Counted from the stretch's first letter, positions 18,678 to 27,994 are shown. The stretch is DNA of 64,000 nt from Anaerolineales bacterium (GCA_046485135.1 JAWOHN010000118.1:6836-70835), one strand, 5' to 3'. Made by a program: numbers and translations. The notes: a model not told the origin generated them from the letters alone.

Positions 18678-19778
18678 ATGGAAAACAGACCAAAAGTAGT
18701 CATTGCCATGAGTGGCGGTGTGGATAGTTCGGTGGCAGCTGCCCTCCTGGTAAAGCAGGGTTACGATGTCATCGGGATGATGATGCGTCTGTGGAGTGAG
18801 CCGGGCAAACAGGCTGATAACCGCTGCTGTACCCCAGATGCAATGGCTTCCGCCCGCCGTGTGGCTGCCAGATTCGGTATCCCATTCTACGCCATTGACG
18901 CACAAGAGATCTTCTTCTCGAAGGTGGTCAGTTACTTTATCGAAGGATATATCCAGGGGAACACCCCCAACCCCTGCCTGGTATGTAACCGCCATATCCG
19001 TTGGGAATTTCTCCTAAACCATGCTCGCGCCCTCGGTGCAGATGCCATGGCAACCGGGCATTATGTCCGCCTCGGAAAAGACTCCCTTGGACGCATCCAG
19101 CTAATGCGCGCGGTTGACCTGGCCAAAGACCAGTCATACGTCCTGCATGTCTTAGGACAAGAACAGTTAACTCGCGCTCTCTTTCCTTTGGGAGAGTACA
19201 CAAAACCACAAGTGCGTCAATTGGCGCGCGAATTCAATATCGCCAGTGCTGAACGCGCCGACAGCCAGGACCTGTGTTTTCTGGGAGATGGAGATTATCG
19301 AGATTTCATAACCCGTCACACCACCGAAAAAGTTGTCAGACCCGGCCCCATCGCCGACTGGGAAGGGAAGATAATTGGTCAGCATCAGGGGTTGGCCTTC
19401 TACACAATCGGCCAGCGCAAAGGTCTCGGTATTGCTTCTTCCCAGCCGTTGTACGTCCTGGAAAAAGACCTGCGCCAAAACGTCCTGGTTGTGGGAGGCA
19501 AAGATGAGCTGGGGCAGAGCGAGCTGATTGCAGAAGGAGTCAACTGGGTTTCTGGAGAGAGACCCCCAAGTGAAATCCGCGCCCAGGTCAAAATTCGCTA
19601 CAAGTCTCGAGAAGTCTGGGCAGATGTCATCCCTATGGAAAATAACCATGTTCATGTCCGGTTTGATGAACCTGTGCAAGATATCACCCCTGGGCAGGCA
19701 GCCGTTTTTTACCAGGATGAGGTTTGTCTGGGTGGGGGAGTGATCGAGAAAGCATTTACAGGAAGAGATCGGGGCTGA
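18678..19778 (+). CDS. mnmA: tRNA 2-thiouridine(34) synthase MnmA
   Basis: VVIAMSGGVDSSVAA (PP-loop), NPCLVCNRHIRW, DQSYVLH. ATG 18678 is preferred over the track's TTG 18624. Confidence 0.85.
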   Translation: MENRPKVVIAMSGGVDSSVAAALLVKQGYDVIGMMMRLWSEPGKQADNRCCTPDAMASARRVAARFGIPFYAIDAQEIFFSKVVSYFIEGYIQGNTPNPCLVCNRHIRWEFLLNHARALGADAMATGHYVRLGKDSLGRIQLMRAVDLAKDQSYVLHVLGQEQLTRALFPLGEYTKPQVRQLAREFNIASAERADSQDLCFLGDGDYRDFITRHTTEKVVRPGPIADWEGKIIGQHQGLAFYTIGQRKGLGIASSQPLYVLEKDLRQNVLVVGGKDELGQSELIAEGVNWVSGERPPSEIRAQVKIRYKSREVWADVIPMENNHVHVRFDEPVQDITPGQAAVFYQDEVCLGGGVIEKAFTGRDRG

Positions 19779-20103
19779 AATAACCGATCTACAATACTTG
19801 ACCACCATTGAAAATATATTTACCTTCAACGGAGAAAAGGGACACGAGATCGTTCTTGTTTACCTAGGTCGGTTTGTAAAGCCATAATTTTACCGGCAGT
19901 CCCATATCATTGGATTAGAAAGCAGCGGAGTTGAATTTAGCGCAGTATGGAAAAAACTGGACTTTCTTAATAGACAGAACGCCCCACCACTATACCCGGA
20001 AGGATTGCTACAATTCCTTATAGATAGAGGTTTCGATGGTTCCTCTTCTGAAAATATGCTTTGAGATCGCAAGCAAAAAGCAAATACTGGTAGAATAGGA
20101 CCA

Positions 20104-20385
20104 GTGAACTTTATGACTCTCCCAGCGCTGATTTTTGGATTTCTATTAGCCAGTTTATACGGAGCAATTTTCCACCTCTTTCTCGGTGGAGGTTTCGGTC
20201 GTTTGATATTGTTCCTGTTTTTGGGTTGGATAGGTTTTTTGGCCGGACAAATCCTGGCGTCTTACCTGGGCTGGGACTTTGATCTACTGGGTTCATTACA
20301 CCTGGTGGTTGCCAGCGTGGCAAGCTTCTTATTCCTGGCGATTGGATACTGGTTAAGCCTGATTGAAGTCGAGCGAAAAAAATAA
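20104..20385 (+). CDS. Small hydrophobic membrane protein, function unknown
   Basis: 93-aa ORF with three hydrophobic helices. Start is uncertain (GTG 20104 or ATG 20113). Confidence 0.5.
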   Translation: MNFMTLPALIFGFLLASLYGAIFHLFLGGGFGRLILFLFLGWIGFLAGQILASYLGWDFDLLGSLHLVVASVASFLFLAIGYWLSLIEVERKK

Positions 20386-20386
20386 A

Positions 20387-20418
20387 AAATCTCCCTCTCT
20401 GTCTAAGAAGGGAGATTT
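20387..20418 (-). terminator. Bidirectional hairpin terminator, strongest for csp
   Basis: AAATCTCCCT-loop-AGGGAGATTT. On the minus strand it is followed by TTTTTATTTTTT. Confidence 0.75.
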
Positions 20419-20436
20419 GTGGTTATTGTATTGGTT

Positions 20437-20646
20437 TTAAATTGCTACAACGTTGGCGGCTTGAAGACCTTTCGGGCCATTCTCAATGGTGAACTCCACA
20501 CGCTGGCCTTCCTGAAGGGAACGGAAGCCGTCACCCTGAATTGCCGAGAAGTGGACAAACACATCGGGGCCATCTTGTCGCTCAATGAAGCCGTAGCCTT
20601 TGCTGGCATTGAACCACTTGACCGTTCCAGTTACACGTTCGCTCAT
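20437..20646 (-). CDS. csp: Cold-shock protein (CspA family)
   Basis: 69 aa. [15 protein letters not shown] (RNP-1) and DVFVHFSAI (RNP-2). AAGGAG lies upstream. Confidence 0.95.
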   Translation of the reverse strand: MSERVTGTVKWFNASKGYGFIERQDGPDVFVHFSAIQGDGFRSLQEGQRVEFTIENGPKGLQAANVVAI

Positions 20647-20817
20647 TTTGTACTCCTTATTGCAGATGAACAGATTAATTGATGGCGGTTATGTAGTCCT
20701 TCAGCGGTCGTGGTACGCCGGTGCAAATGGACAGATCAACCGGCCTAAACGGGATTCCTGTTCAGACCGGCTCCCTACGATATCCTACAGAGAACACATG
20801 TGCCACCCAACTTGGGC

Positions 20818-20846
20818 AGTTTATCAGGCATAATGGTTTTCGTCAA
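20818..20846 (-). promoter_or_regulatory. Near-consensus promoter for csp, implying a ~165-nt 5' UTR
   Basis: Minus strand: TTGACG, 17-nt spacer, TAAACT. Confidence 0.55.
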
Positions 20847-20927
20847 GGTTTTTTGGTCTTATCCGGTCTCCATGGTAAGATACGCTTGCATTACAATTTC
20901 ATTATCAATTTGAAAGGAAATATCCAC

Positions 20928-22832
20928 ATGACAAGAATTGAATCCCTGCTTACAGCTCGCCTGTTTCTCGTCCCTCAATTAGTTGGCGACAGATTGTTTT
21001 TCCTCAGCAATCTGAGTGGTCAGATCAGCCTGTATGCGATGAACTATGGCGGCAGCGTTCCAGAGCCGCTCATCCCGCCCCATATTGCCTTGCAAAACCC
21101 GCACCTGATCGGCGGTGGCTCATTTTTCGTATTCCCAAAACTTGGGAATATTCTGGTGATGATCGACCAGGATGGAGATGAGAATTACCAGCCCATGTTG
21201 ATTCCCATTCAAGGCGGCTTCCCCGAGCCAGCCTTCCAGAACTACTTCGCCAACTATCGCGTTCACCTGATGGAATGCGACCCGCAGGCCAACATTGTAT
21301 ATTTGCTGGCTGAATCGCGCAGCGAGCAGATCAATGAAGCATATCAATGTAACCTGGAGACTGGCAAAATCATCCAGATCGGCGCCAGCAAGTGGGGGGC
21401 CTTCCCTGCAACCAACAGTCCGGACCATCAAATGGCCATCGTGGTCGACAGCTATACCATGGGAGATAATGTCTTGTACCTGTGGCAGAAGGATCAGGAA
21501 TCAAACCGGCTGCTCTTTGGAGTACCTCTTGAAGATCGCCAAGCAGGACAAGAGTACCCTATCAACGGTATCAATGACGGTCATCTGGTTCCTGGTAGGC
21601 AAGGTATTTTGGTTGTCAGCGCCATTTTTACCGATACTTATGATTTGGGATATATGGAAATGGCAAATCCCACGGATGTAAAACCAGTGACGGTTGAAGG
21701 CATACAGCATACTGGAGCAGGAGAAATGGTCAGTCTGAAACATCTAAAGGATCACCAATACCTGCTTGAGTACAACATCGATGGCGTTTCCTGGTTGTAT
21801 GAAGGCGTCTTTGATGTAGATGAGCTGCGCATGCGACTGGAAAATGTCATTTGTGGTCTGGGAAAACTTTCCAACGGCGTATTAGAGTCGGTGAAATATG
21901 ATCAAACAGGTGATCGTTTTGCTTTGTCCTTCTCCACTGCCACCTCACCTACTCAGATTTACACCGTCGAAGGACAAAACCGGCAAATGGTGATCCAGCA
22001 TACAGCAGAACGAATTTTAGGCCTTCCGGAAGAGTGGCTTTCCGCAGGAGAAGATGCATCCTTTGTATCATTCGATGAGACCCGTGTTTCTGCCCGCCTG
22101 TACTTGCCCGCACCCGCATTTGGGTTTAAGGGACCGCGGCCGCTGGTGTATTATATCCACGGCGGTCCCCAAGGGCAGGAGCGCCCAGACTTTGCCTGGT
22201 TTTCCATGCCCCTGATCCAGTTTTTGACGATTAAGGGATTCGCGGTCTTTGTTCCAAACGTGCGTGGCAGCACCGGCTATGGATTAAACTACACCAAACA
22301 GGTAGACCGCGACTGGGGTGGTAAAGATCGCCTTGATCATGTACATGCCATGCAAGTTCTGGCAGATGATCCACGCCTGGATTCCTCCCGGGCGGCTGTG
22401 GTAGGCCGCTCCTATGGGGGCTACATGACCCTCACATTGGCTTCCAGACATCCCGAGCTGTGGTCTGCAGCAGCAGACATGTTTGGTCCCTATGATTTAT
22501 TCACCTTTATGGACCGTATCCCTGAAACCTGGAAACCATATTTTGCGGTAGCTGTTGGTGACCCAGAAAAGGATAAAGATTTCCTGATCGATCGTTCTCC
22601 GCGCACCCATATCGATCAGATCAGTTGTCCATTGCTGGTCATCCAGGGGAAAAACGACCCGCGCGTCGTAGAGCAAGAGTCGCGTGACCTGGTAGAATAC
22701 CTGCGCTCGCAGGGTAAACAGGTCGAGTATCTGATGTTCCCCAATGAAGGTCATGACGTGCTTAAATTCGAGAACAGGGTTACCTGCTATAACGCGATTA
22801 CGGAGTTCTTCCAGAAATATTTACAGCCTTGA
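20928..22832 (+). CDS. S9-family serine peptidase (prolyl oligopeptidase / acylaminoacyl-peptidase type)
   Basis: N-terminal beta-propeller-like region plus a C-terminal alpha/beta hydrolase with GRSYGGYM (GxSxGG), then Asp and His (NEGHD). ATG 20928 has GAAAGGAAA upstream; the track start 20721 looks over-extended. Confidence 0.8.
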   Translation: MTRIESLLTARLFLVPQLVGDRLFFLSNLSGQISLYAMNYGGSVPEPLIPPHIALQNPHLIGGGSFFVFPKLGNILVMIDQDGDENYQPMLIPIQGGFPEPAFQNYFANYRVHLMECDPQANIVYLLAESRSEQINEAYQCNLETGKIIQIGASKWGAFPATNSPDHQMAIVVDSYTMGDNVLYLWQKDQESNRLLFGVPLEDRQAGQEYPINGINDGHLVPGRQGILVVSAIFTDTYDLGYMEMANPTDVKPVTVEGIQHTGAGEMVSLKHLKDHQYLLEYNIDGVSWLYEGVFDVDELRMRLENVICGLGKLSNGVLESVKYDQTGDRFALSFSTATSPTQIYTVEGQNRQMVIQHTAERILGLPEEWLSAGEDASFVSFDETRVSARLYLPAPAFGFKGPRPLVYYIHGGPQGQERPDFAWFSMPLIQFLTIKGFAVFVPNVRGSTGYGLNYTKQVDRDWGGKDRLDHVHAMQVLADDPRLDSSRAAVVGRSYGGYMTLTLASRHPELWSAAADMFGPYDLFTFMDRIPETWKPYFAVAVGDPEKDKDFLIDRSPRTHIDQISCPLLVIQGKNDPRVVEQESRDLVEYLRSQGKQVEYLMFPNEGHDVLKFENRVTCYNAITEFFQKYLQP

Positions 22833-22851
22833 GAAAAAAGAGATTACTATT

Positions 22852-23745
22852 ATGATTGAACCGACTGATCGGACCCATGCTCAGGAGGGCGACCTAGCCC
22901 TCCTGGCTGGTCCTCGACAAAAGCATTTCATCATCCGTCTGACTCCTGGGGAAGCCTTGGAAACCCATCGCGGCATCCTAAAGCATGACGACTTGATCGG
23001 TTTGCCATGGGGCAGCATGGTATATAGCCATTTGGGGCGCACTTTTGTGCTTTTAATCCCTTCACTGACCGATCTACTTCAGAATACCAAGCGTAATACG
23101 CAGATCATGTACGCCAAGGACATTGGTTTCATCATCATGATGATGAATATCGGTCCAGGGCAGCATATATTGGAAGCAGGCACAGGCTCAGGTGCTTTGA
23201 CCACCGCTCTAGCCAGTATGGTTGGGCCGTATGGACATGTGACCACCTATGAAGCGCGGCCCGAGATGCAAAAGCTAGCCCAGAAAAATATCCGCCGGTT
23301 AGGTTTGGATGATCGAGTGACCTTCAAACTCAGGAATATTACAGAAGGATTTGACGAGCAGGGAGTGAACGCCATCTTTCTTGACCTGCCCAACCCATAC
23401 GATTTCATCGATCAGGTGCGCAGCGCATTAAAACCGGGTGGTTTTTTTGGAACAATCCTACCCACCACCAACCAGGTCACGCGGTTACTTAGCGCCTTGC
23501 AACGCGGAAATTTCGTCTTTATCGAAGTTTGCGAAATCATGCTGCGCTACTACCAAGCCATCCCGGAAAAGCTTCGCCCAACCGATCGTATGGTAGCGCA
23601 CACCGGCTACTTAATCTTCGGGCGTCCCATCTTGCCCCCAAATCAGGATGTGAATTTTGGTGAAGTCGAGCAAATGTCAGAAGCCGATGAAACAAATACG
23701 GTTAGTGACCGTGCTTTTGGGGAATCCGGCCAGGTGGAGGATTAA
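22852..23745 (+). CDS. trmI: tRNA (adenine-N1)-methyltransferase TrmI/GCD14 family
   Basis: ILEAGTGSGALTTALA SAM motif and a GCD14-type N-terminal domain. ATG 22852 is preferred; the track start 22744 overlaps the peptidase gene. Confidence 0.75.
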   Translation: MIEPTDRTHAQEGDLALLAGPRQKHFIIRLTPGEALETHRGILKHDDLIGLPWGSMVYSHLGRTFVLLIPSLTDLLQNTKRNTQIMYAKDIGFIIMMMNIGPGQHILEAGTGSGALTTALASMVGPYGHVTTYEARPEMQKLAQKNIRRLGLDDRVTFKLRNITEGFDEQGVNAIFLDLPNPYDFIDQVRSALKPGGFFGTILPTTNQVTRLLSALQRGNFVFIEVCEIMLRYYQAIPEKLRPTDRMVAHTGYLIFGRPILPPNQDVNFGEVEQMSEADETNTVSDRAFGESGQVED

Positions 23746-23747
23746 CC

Positions 23748-24320
23748 ATGCCACCCAGACGTCCACCCCGGCGGGGTAAAAAGCACGGGTCATCTGACGC
23801 GCCGGCATTAGCAGGTATAGCCTTGAAAGATGTCCGCCGGGCGCACAGCCTGGTTGAGAGGGGTGATCATGCCAATGCCGCCCAACTCTTTGAGCGCCAG
23901 GCCCGTGATGCCGCTGATCGGGGTATTTACCTACCGGCTGCACATTTATACCTGCAAGCCGGGCGGGCTAGGTTACTGGCTGGAGAATCTGCAGCCAGCG
24001 AGCAGATGCTTCATCAAGGTTTGGGAATTTTAGCAGACTACTTGAACCCTCGCCGGCTGGCCTTAAGCAGCGAACAATTATTTGACGACCTGCTCAATAT
24101 GGGGCAAAGCCAGTTGGCTGCGGCTTTGCGCAAATGGTTTGAGCAAACCTTGGAGAAAAACCAAACCCTTCCGGTTGGCGGAGCGGGCGATCATCCAGTT
24201 CGGATCAGGCTTTCCATTCAATGCCCCCGCTGTAATGCAATCTTGAGACCTGCTGATCTTGAAGCTTGGGACTCCACTCAGGATATTTGCGTTTATTGCG
24301 GTAGCCTGGTTGGCAAATAA
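23748..24320 (+). CDS. Hypothetical protein with a basic N-terminus, a helical middle and a C-terminal CxxC...CxxC zinc ribbon
   Basis: 190 aa. MPPRRPPRRGKK at the N-terminus; CPRCNAILRP...CVYCGSLV at the C-terminus. ATG is 2 nt after the trmI stop. Confidence 0.5.
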   Translation: MPPRRPPRRGKKHGSSDAPALAGIALKDVRRAHSLVERGDHANAAQLFERQARDAADRGIYLPAAHLYLQAGRARLLAGESAASEQMLHQGLGILADYLNPRRLALSSEQLFDDLLNMGQSQLAAALRKWFEQTLEKNQTLPVGGAGDHPVRIRLSIQCPRCNAILRPADLEAWDSTQDICVYCGSLVGK

Positions 24321-24323
24321 GGT

Positions 24324-24965
24324 ATGGCTCGATTGCCTTTTCTAGACCTTTCGGAAGCCGAAATTTCCCGCCGACTGGCCATCGCGGAGGCAACCTACCG
24401 GCCACCTAAAACCGGGTTGGATGATTTCTTAAGATCAGGGGTGTTTACCGAATCCCCTCGACCGGCAGCTGTGTTGATTCCCTTTACCAAAATTGATAAT
24501 CGCTGGCATGTCCTTTTTACGCGCAGGAATGATGACCTACCTGAGCACAGTGGGCAAGTTGCTTTTCCTGGCGGTAGAGCCGATCCCGCAGACTCAACCC
24601 CTGAAGAAACTGCCTTGCGAGAGACTTACGAAGAAATCGGTCTGAAACCCAACAGCGTGCGCATCCTTGGTCAAATGAAAAACTTTTTGACCATAACGAA
24701 CTACGAAGTTAAGCCTGTGGTAGGCAGCATACCCTGGCCTTTTCCAATCCGCCTTGCCCGGGTGGAGGTCAGCCGGGTCTTCACCATCCCATTTGAGTGG
24801 CTGGCAAATCCATCGAACCACGAGGTGCAGCAAAGGAGCTTGCCCGCTCCACACCCTCCCATTCCTGTAATTTACTTCAAATCCTACGATGGAGAAGTGC
24901 TCTGGGGAGTAAGCGCTTACATCATGATCAATTTGCTCGAAATATTGGTGGGCAGAAACAACTAG
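24324..24965 (+). CDS. NUDIX hydrolase (CoA pyrophosphatase-like)
   Basis: 213 aa. Nudix box GGRADPADSTPEETALRETYEEIGL. Confidence 0.8.
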   Translation: MARLPFLDLSEAEISRRLAIAEATYRPPKTGLDDFLRSGVFTESPRPAAVLIPFTKIDNRWHVLFTRRNDDLPEHSGQVAFPGGRADPADSTPEETALRETYEEIGLKPNSVRILGQMKNFLTITNYEVKPVVGSIPWPFPIRLARVEVSRVFTIPFEWLANPSNHEVQQRSLPAPHPPIPVIYFKSYDGEVLWGVSAYIMINLLEILVGRNN

Positions 24966-25008
24966 GTTCAAATTCTGCCGGGGTTAAACCCTTATCCCAA
25001 GAATTAAA

Positions 25009-25040
25009 AGAGCGGTGTACACCAGGGCGCACACCGCTCT
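25009..25040 (-). terminator. Hairpin terminator for the L25 gene (between convergent genes)
   Basis: AGAGCGGTGT-12 nt-ACACCGCTCT. On the minus strand it is followed by TTTTAATTCTT. Confidence 0.7.
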
Positions 25041-25060
25041 CATGTTATTCTGGTAAGGAA

Positions 25061-25717
25061 CTACTCTTCTTTTTCGTCTTCGTCGCGCTTACCGCGCTCG
25101 ATCACTTCTGGTTCTCCCAACTCACCTTCTTCCTCAACTTCGGCTTCCTCGAGAATTTCCTCAGCAGCCGGGGCGGTAATCACAAACAGGGTTTCCTCTG
25201 GGTCTTCCAAGATTTCCACGTTAGCAGGGGGGGTGACATCTTTTACATAAATGGCATCACCAATCTTCTCCAGGCCCGAAATATCAACAACGATCTTCTC
25301 AGGCAAGTCCTGAGGATAACATTCCACCCGCAACTCTTCCAGTCCGGTCATCAAGATGCCTTCTTCATTATCCACGACTGGAGAGATACCAGTGGCTTCC
25401 AACGACACCCCTGTGCGCAGTTTCTCGGTTCTGGAAACAACCTGGAAATCAACATGGTTCAGGGTGCCCATCAGGAAGTTGCGCTGCCGGTCCCGAACCA
25501 GAGCCAGATGGCGTTCTCCATCCACATCAAGTGTGACCAAGGCTGAACTAGAGATGCTGCCGAGGGTGCGACCAGCCTCGCGGGCATTGAGGAGTATCGG
25601 GGTGGGCTTAATACCTGAACCATAAATAACAGCAGGCAATCCGCCGGCGCGCCTGAGAGCCTTTACCTGCTTCCCGATCACGGCGCGTTTCTGAGCTGTA
25701 ATAATAATTTCTTCCAT
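25061..25717 (-). CDS. rplY: 50S ribosomal protein L25 / general stress protein Ctc, with an acidic C-terminal tail
   Basis: ITAQKRAVIGKQVKALRRAGGLPAVIYG. ATG 25717 is preceded by AAGGAAGGA; the track start is GTG 25744. Confidence 0.9.
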   Translation of the reverse strand: MEEIIITAQKRAVIGKQVKALRRAGGLPAVIYGSGIKPTPILLNAREAGRTLGSISSSALVTLDVDGERHLALVRDRQRNFLMGTLNHVDFQVVSRTEKLRTGVSLEATGISPVVDNEEGILMTGLEELRVECYPQDLPEKIVVDISGLEKIGDAIYVKDVTPPANVEILEDPEETLFVITAPAAEEILEEAEVEEEGELGEPEVIERGKRDEDEKEE

Positions 25718-25897
25718 TTCATCCTTCCTTGAAGCGCCTCTCACCTGCCGGGGAATCTCCGCAATTCGCAGGTTACCTTCACTTCTTCGGCTAATTCCGG
25801 CTTCTGCCGGGAGAAATTTTCAGCCGCTTGACAGCGGCTGCTTGATGTAAAAAGATGCTGGGGAAAGCAACCCTTTTCCATCCCAAACACGCCCCAC

Positions 25898-25926
25898 ATT
25901 TTAGCCGTATTACCATCTTCCGTCAA
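25898..25926 (-). promoter_or_regulatory. Near-consensus promoter upstream of L25, implying a ~175-nt leader
   Basis: Minus strand: TTGACG, 17-nt spacer, TAAAAT. Confidence 0.55.
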
Positions 25927-26125
25927 TACTTGGATGGTGTTTGCTTTGGGGCATCATTTGTAAGTTACAATATCTAAGCCTGCTCAGTCAATTGGTGGGA
26001 AATGGCTGAAATACGGGTGTTTGGGACGGCTGCGCTGCACAATACCCAATTTTCAGACCAAACCCGGTTAATTACATAGCTACCGCTTTGGCCTGAGCAG
26101 CAAAAATTTTAGAATTGGAGGCTGA

Positions 26126-27049
26126 ATGACTAAATCGAACATACAGACCATCGACTTAAAATTCCAGGGGCTGGAAGGTTCTATCGCAGTCTATTTGATC
26201 CCCCACAAAGGCGGCGCCGTTTTGATCGAGAGTGGGCCGGGCTCAACCCAAACAAGCCTAATAGCAGGCCTGGCAAAATATGGCTTTCAGCCCAAAGACA
26301 TCACCGATGTATTGCTCACTCATATTCACCTGGACCACGCTGGTGCGGCTGGCTGGCTTTCGCGTCAGGGTGCACGCATCCATGTACACCCGGTCGGGGC
26401 GCCCCACCTGCTCAATCCTGAAAAGCTCCTCTCAAGCGCGAGGCGCATCTACGGGGACATGATGGACAGTCTATGGGGTCAATTTCTTCCAGTAATACCT
26501 GAGAATTTGTCCGTCCCAAAAGACGGCCAGGCGGTGGAAATCAATGGGCTTTCTTTCCTACCAGTGGATACACCTGGACACGCGTTTCACCATTACGCCT
26601 ATATATTCGAAGACATCTGCTTCAGCGGCGACATCGGCGGGATCCGGTTGGGAGGGATTCCGCATATTCGCATTCCGATGCCTCCCCCTGAATTCCATCT
26701 GGAGAAGTGGCGAGAGAGCCTGGACCGCCTGCGAAAGCTCAAATTCTCTCGCATTGCACCCACCCATTTCGGCATTTATGATGATGCTGAATGGCACTTA
26801 ATTGCCCTGGAAGGAGCCATCGATGAGGCTGAGCGGTGGACCGAGAGGGTGATGCCTTTAAACCCATCCTTGGATGAGCTGCGCAAAAACTTTGTTGAAT
26901 GGACAGAGCAACTCAACCTAGAACAAGGCCTGGATTCAATGCAGATTAAGCTACATGAAGCAGCCAACCCATCTTTCATGTCCGCTGATGGAATTCATCG
27001 CTATTGGCATAAGTTTCGCCTGCCAGAAAAAGAAGCTCCGCAGGAATAA
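26126..27049 (+). CDS. MBL-fold metallo-hydrolase
   Basis: 307 aa. LLTHIHLDHAGAAGWL (HxHxDH motif). GGAGG lies upstream. Confidence 0.8.
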   Translation: MTKSNIQTIDLKFQGLEGSIAVYLIPHKGGAVLIESGPGSTQTSLIAGLAKYGFQPKDITDVLLTHIHLDHAGAAGWLSRQGARIHVHPVGAPHLLNPEKLLSSARRIYGDMMDSLWGQFLPVIPENLSVPKDGQAVEINGLSFLPVDTPGHAFHHYAYIFEDICFSGDIGGIRLGGIPHIRIPMPPPEFHLEKWRESLDRLRKLKFSRIAPTHFGIYDDAEWHLIALEGAIDEAERWTERVMPLNPSLDELRKNFVEWTEQLNLEQGLDSMQIKLHEAANPSFMSADGIHRYWHKFRLPEKEAPQE

Positions 27050-27101
27050 CGGTATGCCTGGATGGGGGAGCGAGGCCGACTCTGTTTAGGAGAAAACTGA
27101 C

Positions 27102-27245
27102 TTGAGCGATATATCTGACAAGCCCAAACACGATGGTTTTCCCGTCGATCTGGAAGAATGCCCACGCTGTGGTCAGAAAATCGATGATATCCTGTGGGGG
27201 CAAACAAATTGTCCGCGCTGTGGGTTGCACTTTGAGTGCTGCTGA
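27102..27245 (+). CDS. Unannotated 47-aa zinc-ribbon protein (two CPRCG knuckles)
   Basis: TTG start 9 nt after AGGAG (27088-27092), with an in-frame TAG immediately upstream. Product: (M)SDISDKPKHDGFPVDLEECPRCGQKIDDILWGQTNCPRCGLHFECC. Its TGA overlaps the sirtuin ATG (TGATG). Confidence 0.5.
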   Translation: MSDISDKPKHDGFPVDLEECPRCGQKIDDILWGQTNCPRCGLHFECC

Positions 27246-27994
27246 TGAGCAAGCCACTCGTTGAGATACCTGCAGAATTGGCCAACATTCTGCGCCGTGC
27301 ACAGCGGCTGACTGTGCTTACGGGAGCAGGCATATCAGCAGAGAGCGGGGTGCCGACATTTCGAGAAGCGCAAACGGGATTGTGGGCGCGCTTCCGTCCA
27401 GAGGAGCTGGCCACCCCGGCGGCCTACCAACGCGATCCGCGCCTGGTATGGGAATGGTATGCCTGGCGCAGGGAGCTAACTGCCAAAGCTCAACCCAACC
27501 CGGGACATCTGGCTCTAGCAGAGATTGAGCGGCATATCCCGCACTTTTCACTGATCACGCAAAATGTCGATGGGCTCCACCAGCGAGCCGGCAGCCGGCA
27601 GGTGTTGGAGTTGCACGGCAATATCCAGCGGGTTAAGTGCATGGATGGAAACCATCTGGTAGAGAACTGGGAAGATAGCGTCGAAATCCCACCGCGATGT
27701 CCGCTATGTGGCAGTTTGCTACGACCAGATGTGGTCTGGTTTGGTGAAAATCTGCCTGTGAAAGCACTGCAAGCTGCATGGGATGCAGCCGAAACTGCAG
27801 ATATCTTTCTCTCCATTGGAACATCGACCCAGGTCGAACCGGCTGCTTCACTACCCTTCGCCGCCAAACGATGTGGGGCGGTCATAGTAGAGGTGAACCC
27901 ACAAGAGACTCCCCTGACAAAATCGGCACAATATTCATTGCGGGGCCGATCTGGAGTCGTCCTGCCAGCTCTTGTACAGCCAACCTGGGGCTAA
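27245..27994 (+). CDS. cobB: NAD-dependent protein deacylase, Sir2 family (CobB-like)
   Basis: GAGISAESGVPTFR, ITQNVDGLHQRAGS, catalytic His in LELHGN, CPLCGSLLRPDVVWFGE. ATG 27245 or GTG 27236. Confidence 0.85.
   Translation: MSKPLVEIPAELANILRRAQRLTVLTGAGISAESGVPTFREAQTGLWARFRPEELATPAAYQRDPRLVWEWYAWRRELTAKAQPNPGHLALAEIERHIPHFSLITQNVDGLHQRAGSRQVLELHGNIQRVKCMDGNHLVENWEDSVEIPPRCPLCGSLLRPDVVWFGENLPVKALQAAWDAAETADIFLSIGTSTQVEPAASLPFAAKRCGAVIVEVNPQETPLTKSAQYSLRGRSGVVLPALVQPTWG

Noticed and set aside
19167-19829. 220-aa minus-strand ORF.
   Set aside because: It is a shadow ORF antisense to mnmA, with no motifs.
19779-20103. 325-bp gap after mnmA as a possible ncRNA locus (SRP, 6S, tmRNA, RNase P).
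   Set aside because: No signature sequences of those RNAs were recognised, and no convincing promoter/terminator pair was found. It remains unexplained, and there is nothing positive to report.
20721-20927. N-terminal extensions proposed by the track for several genes (20721, 22744, 18624, 28161, 59205, 25744, 31309, 8052).
   Set aside because: The internal starts have proper SD sequences, do not overlap the upstream genes, and give N-termini typical for the families. One extension (59205) starts on a promoter hexamer.
24797-25546. 249-aa plus-strand ORF.
   Set aside because: It is antisense to the L25/Ctc gene, whose product is unmistakable. The plus-strand product has no recognisable motifs and no SD.
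25741-25926. 61-aa minus-strand ORF upstream of L25.
   Set aside because: Its TTG start is the -35 hexamer of the predicted promoter. It has no SD and an odd composition, so I interpret the region as a 5' leader instead.
27245-27994. Sir2 proteins (this one and 49487-50263) as Thoeris/DSR/SIR2-HerA-type antiphage effectors.
   Set aside because: Both are short (~250 aa) canonical sirtuins with intact deacylase motifs and zinc modules. They have no fused sensor domains, and no ThsB/HerA/pAgo-like partners are nearby.
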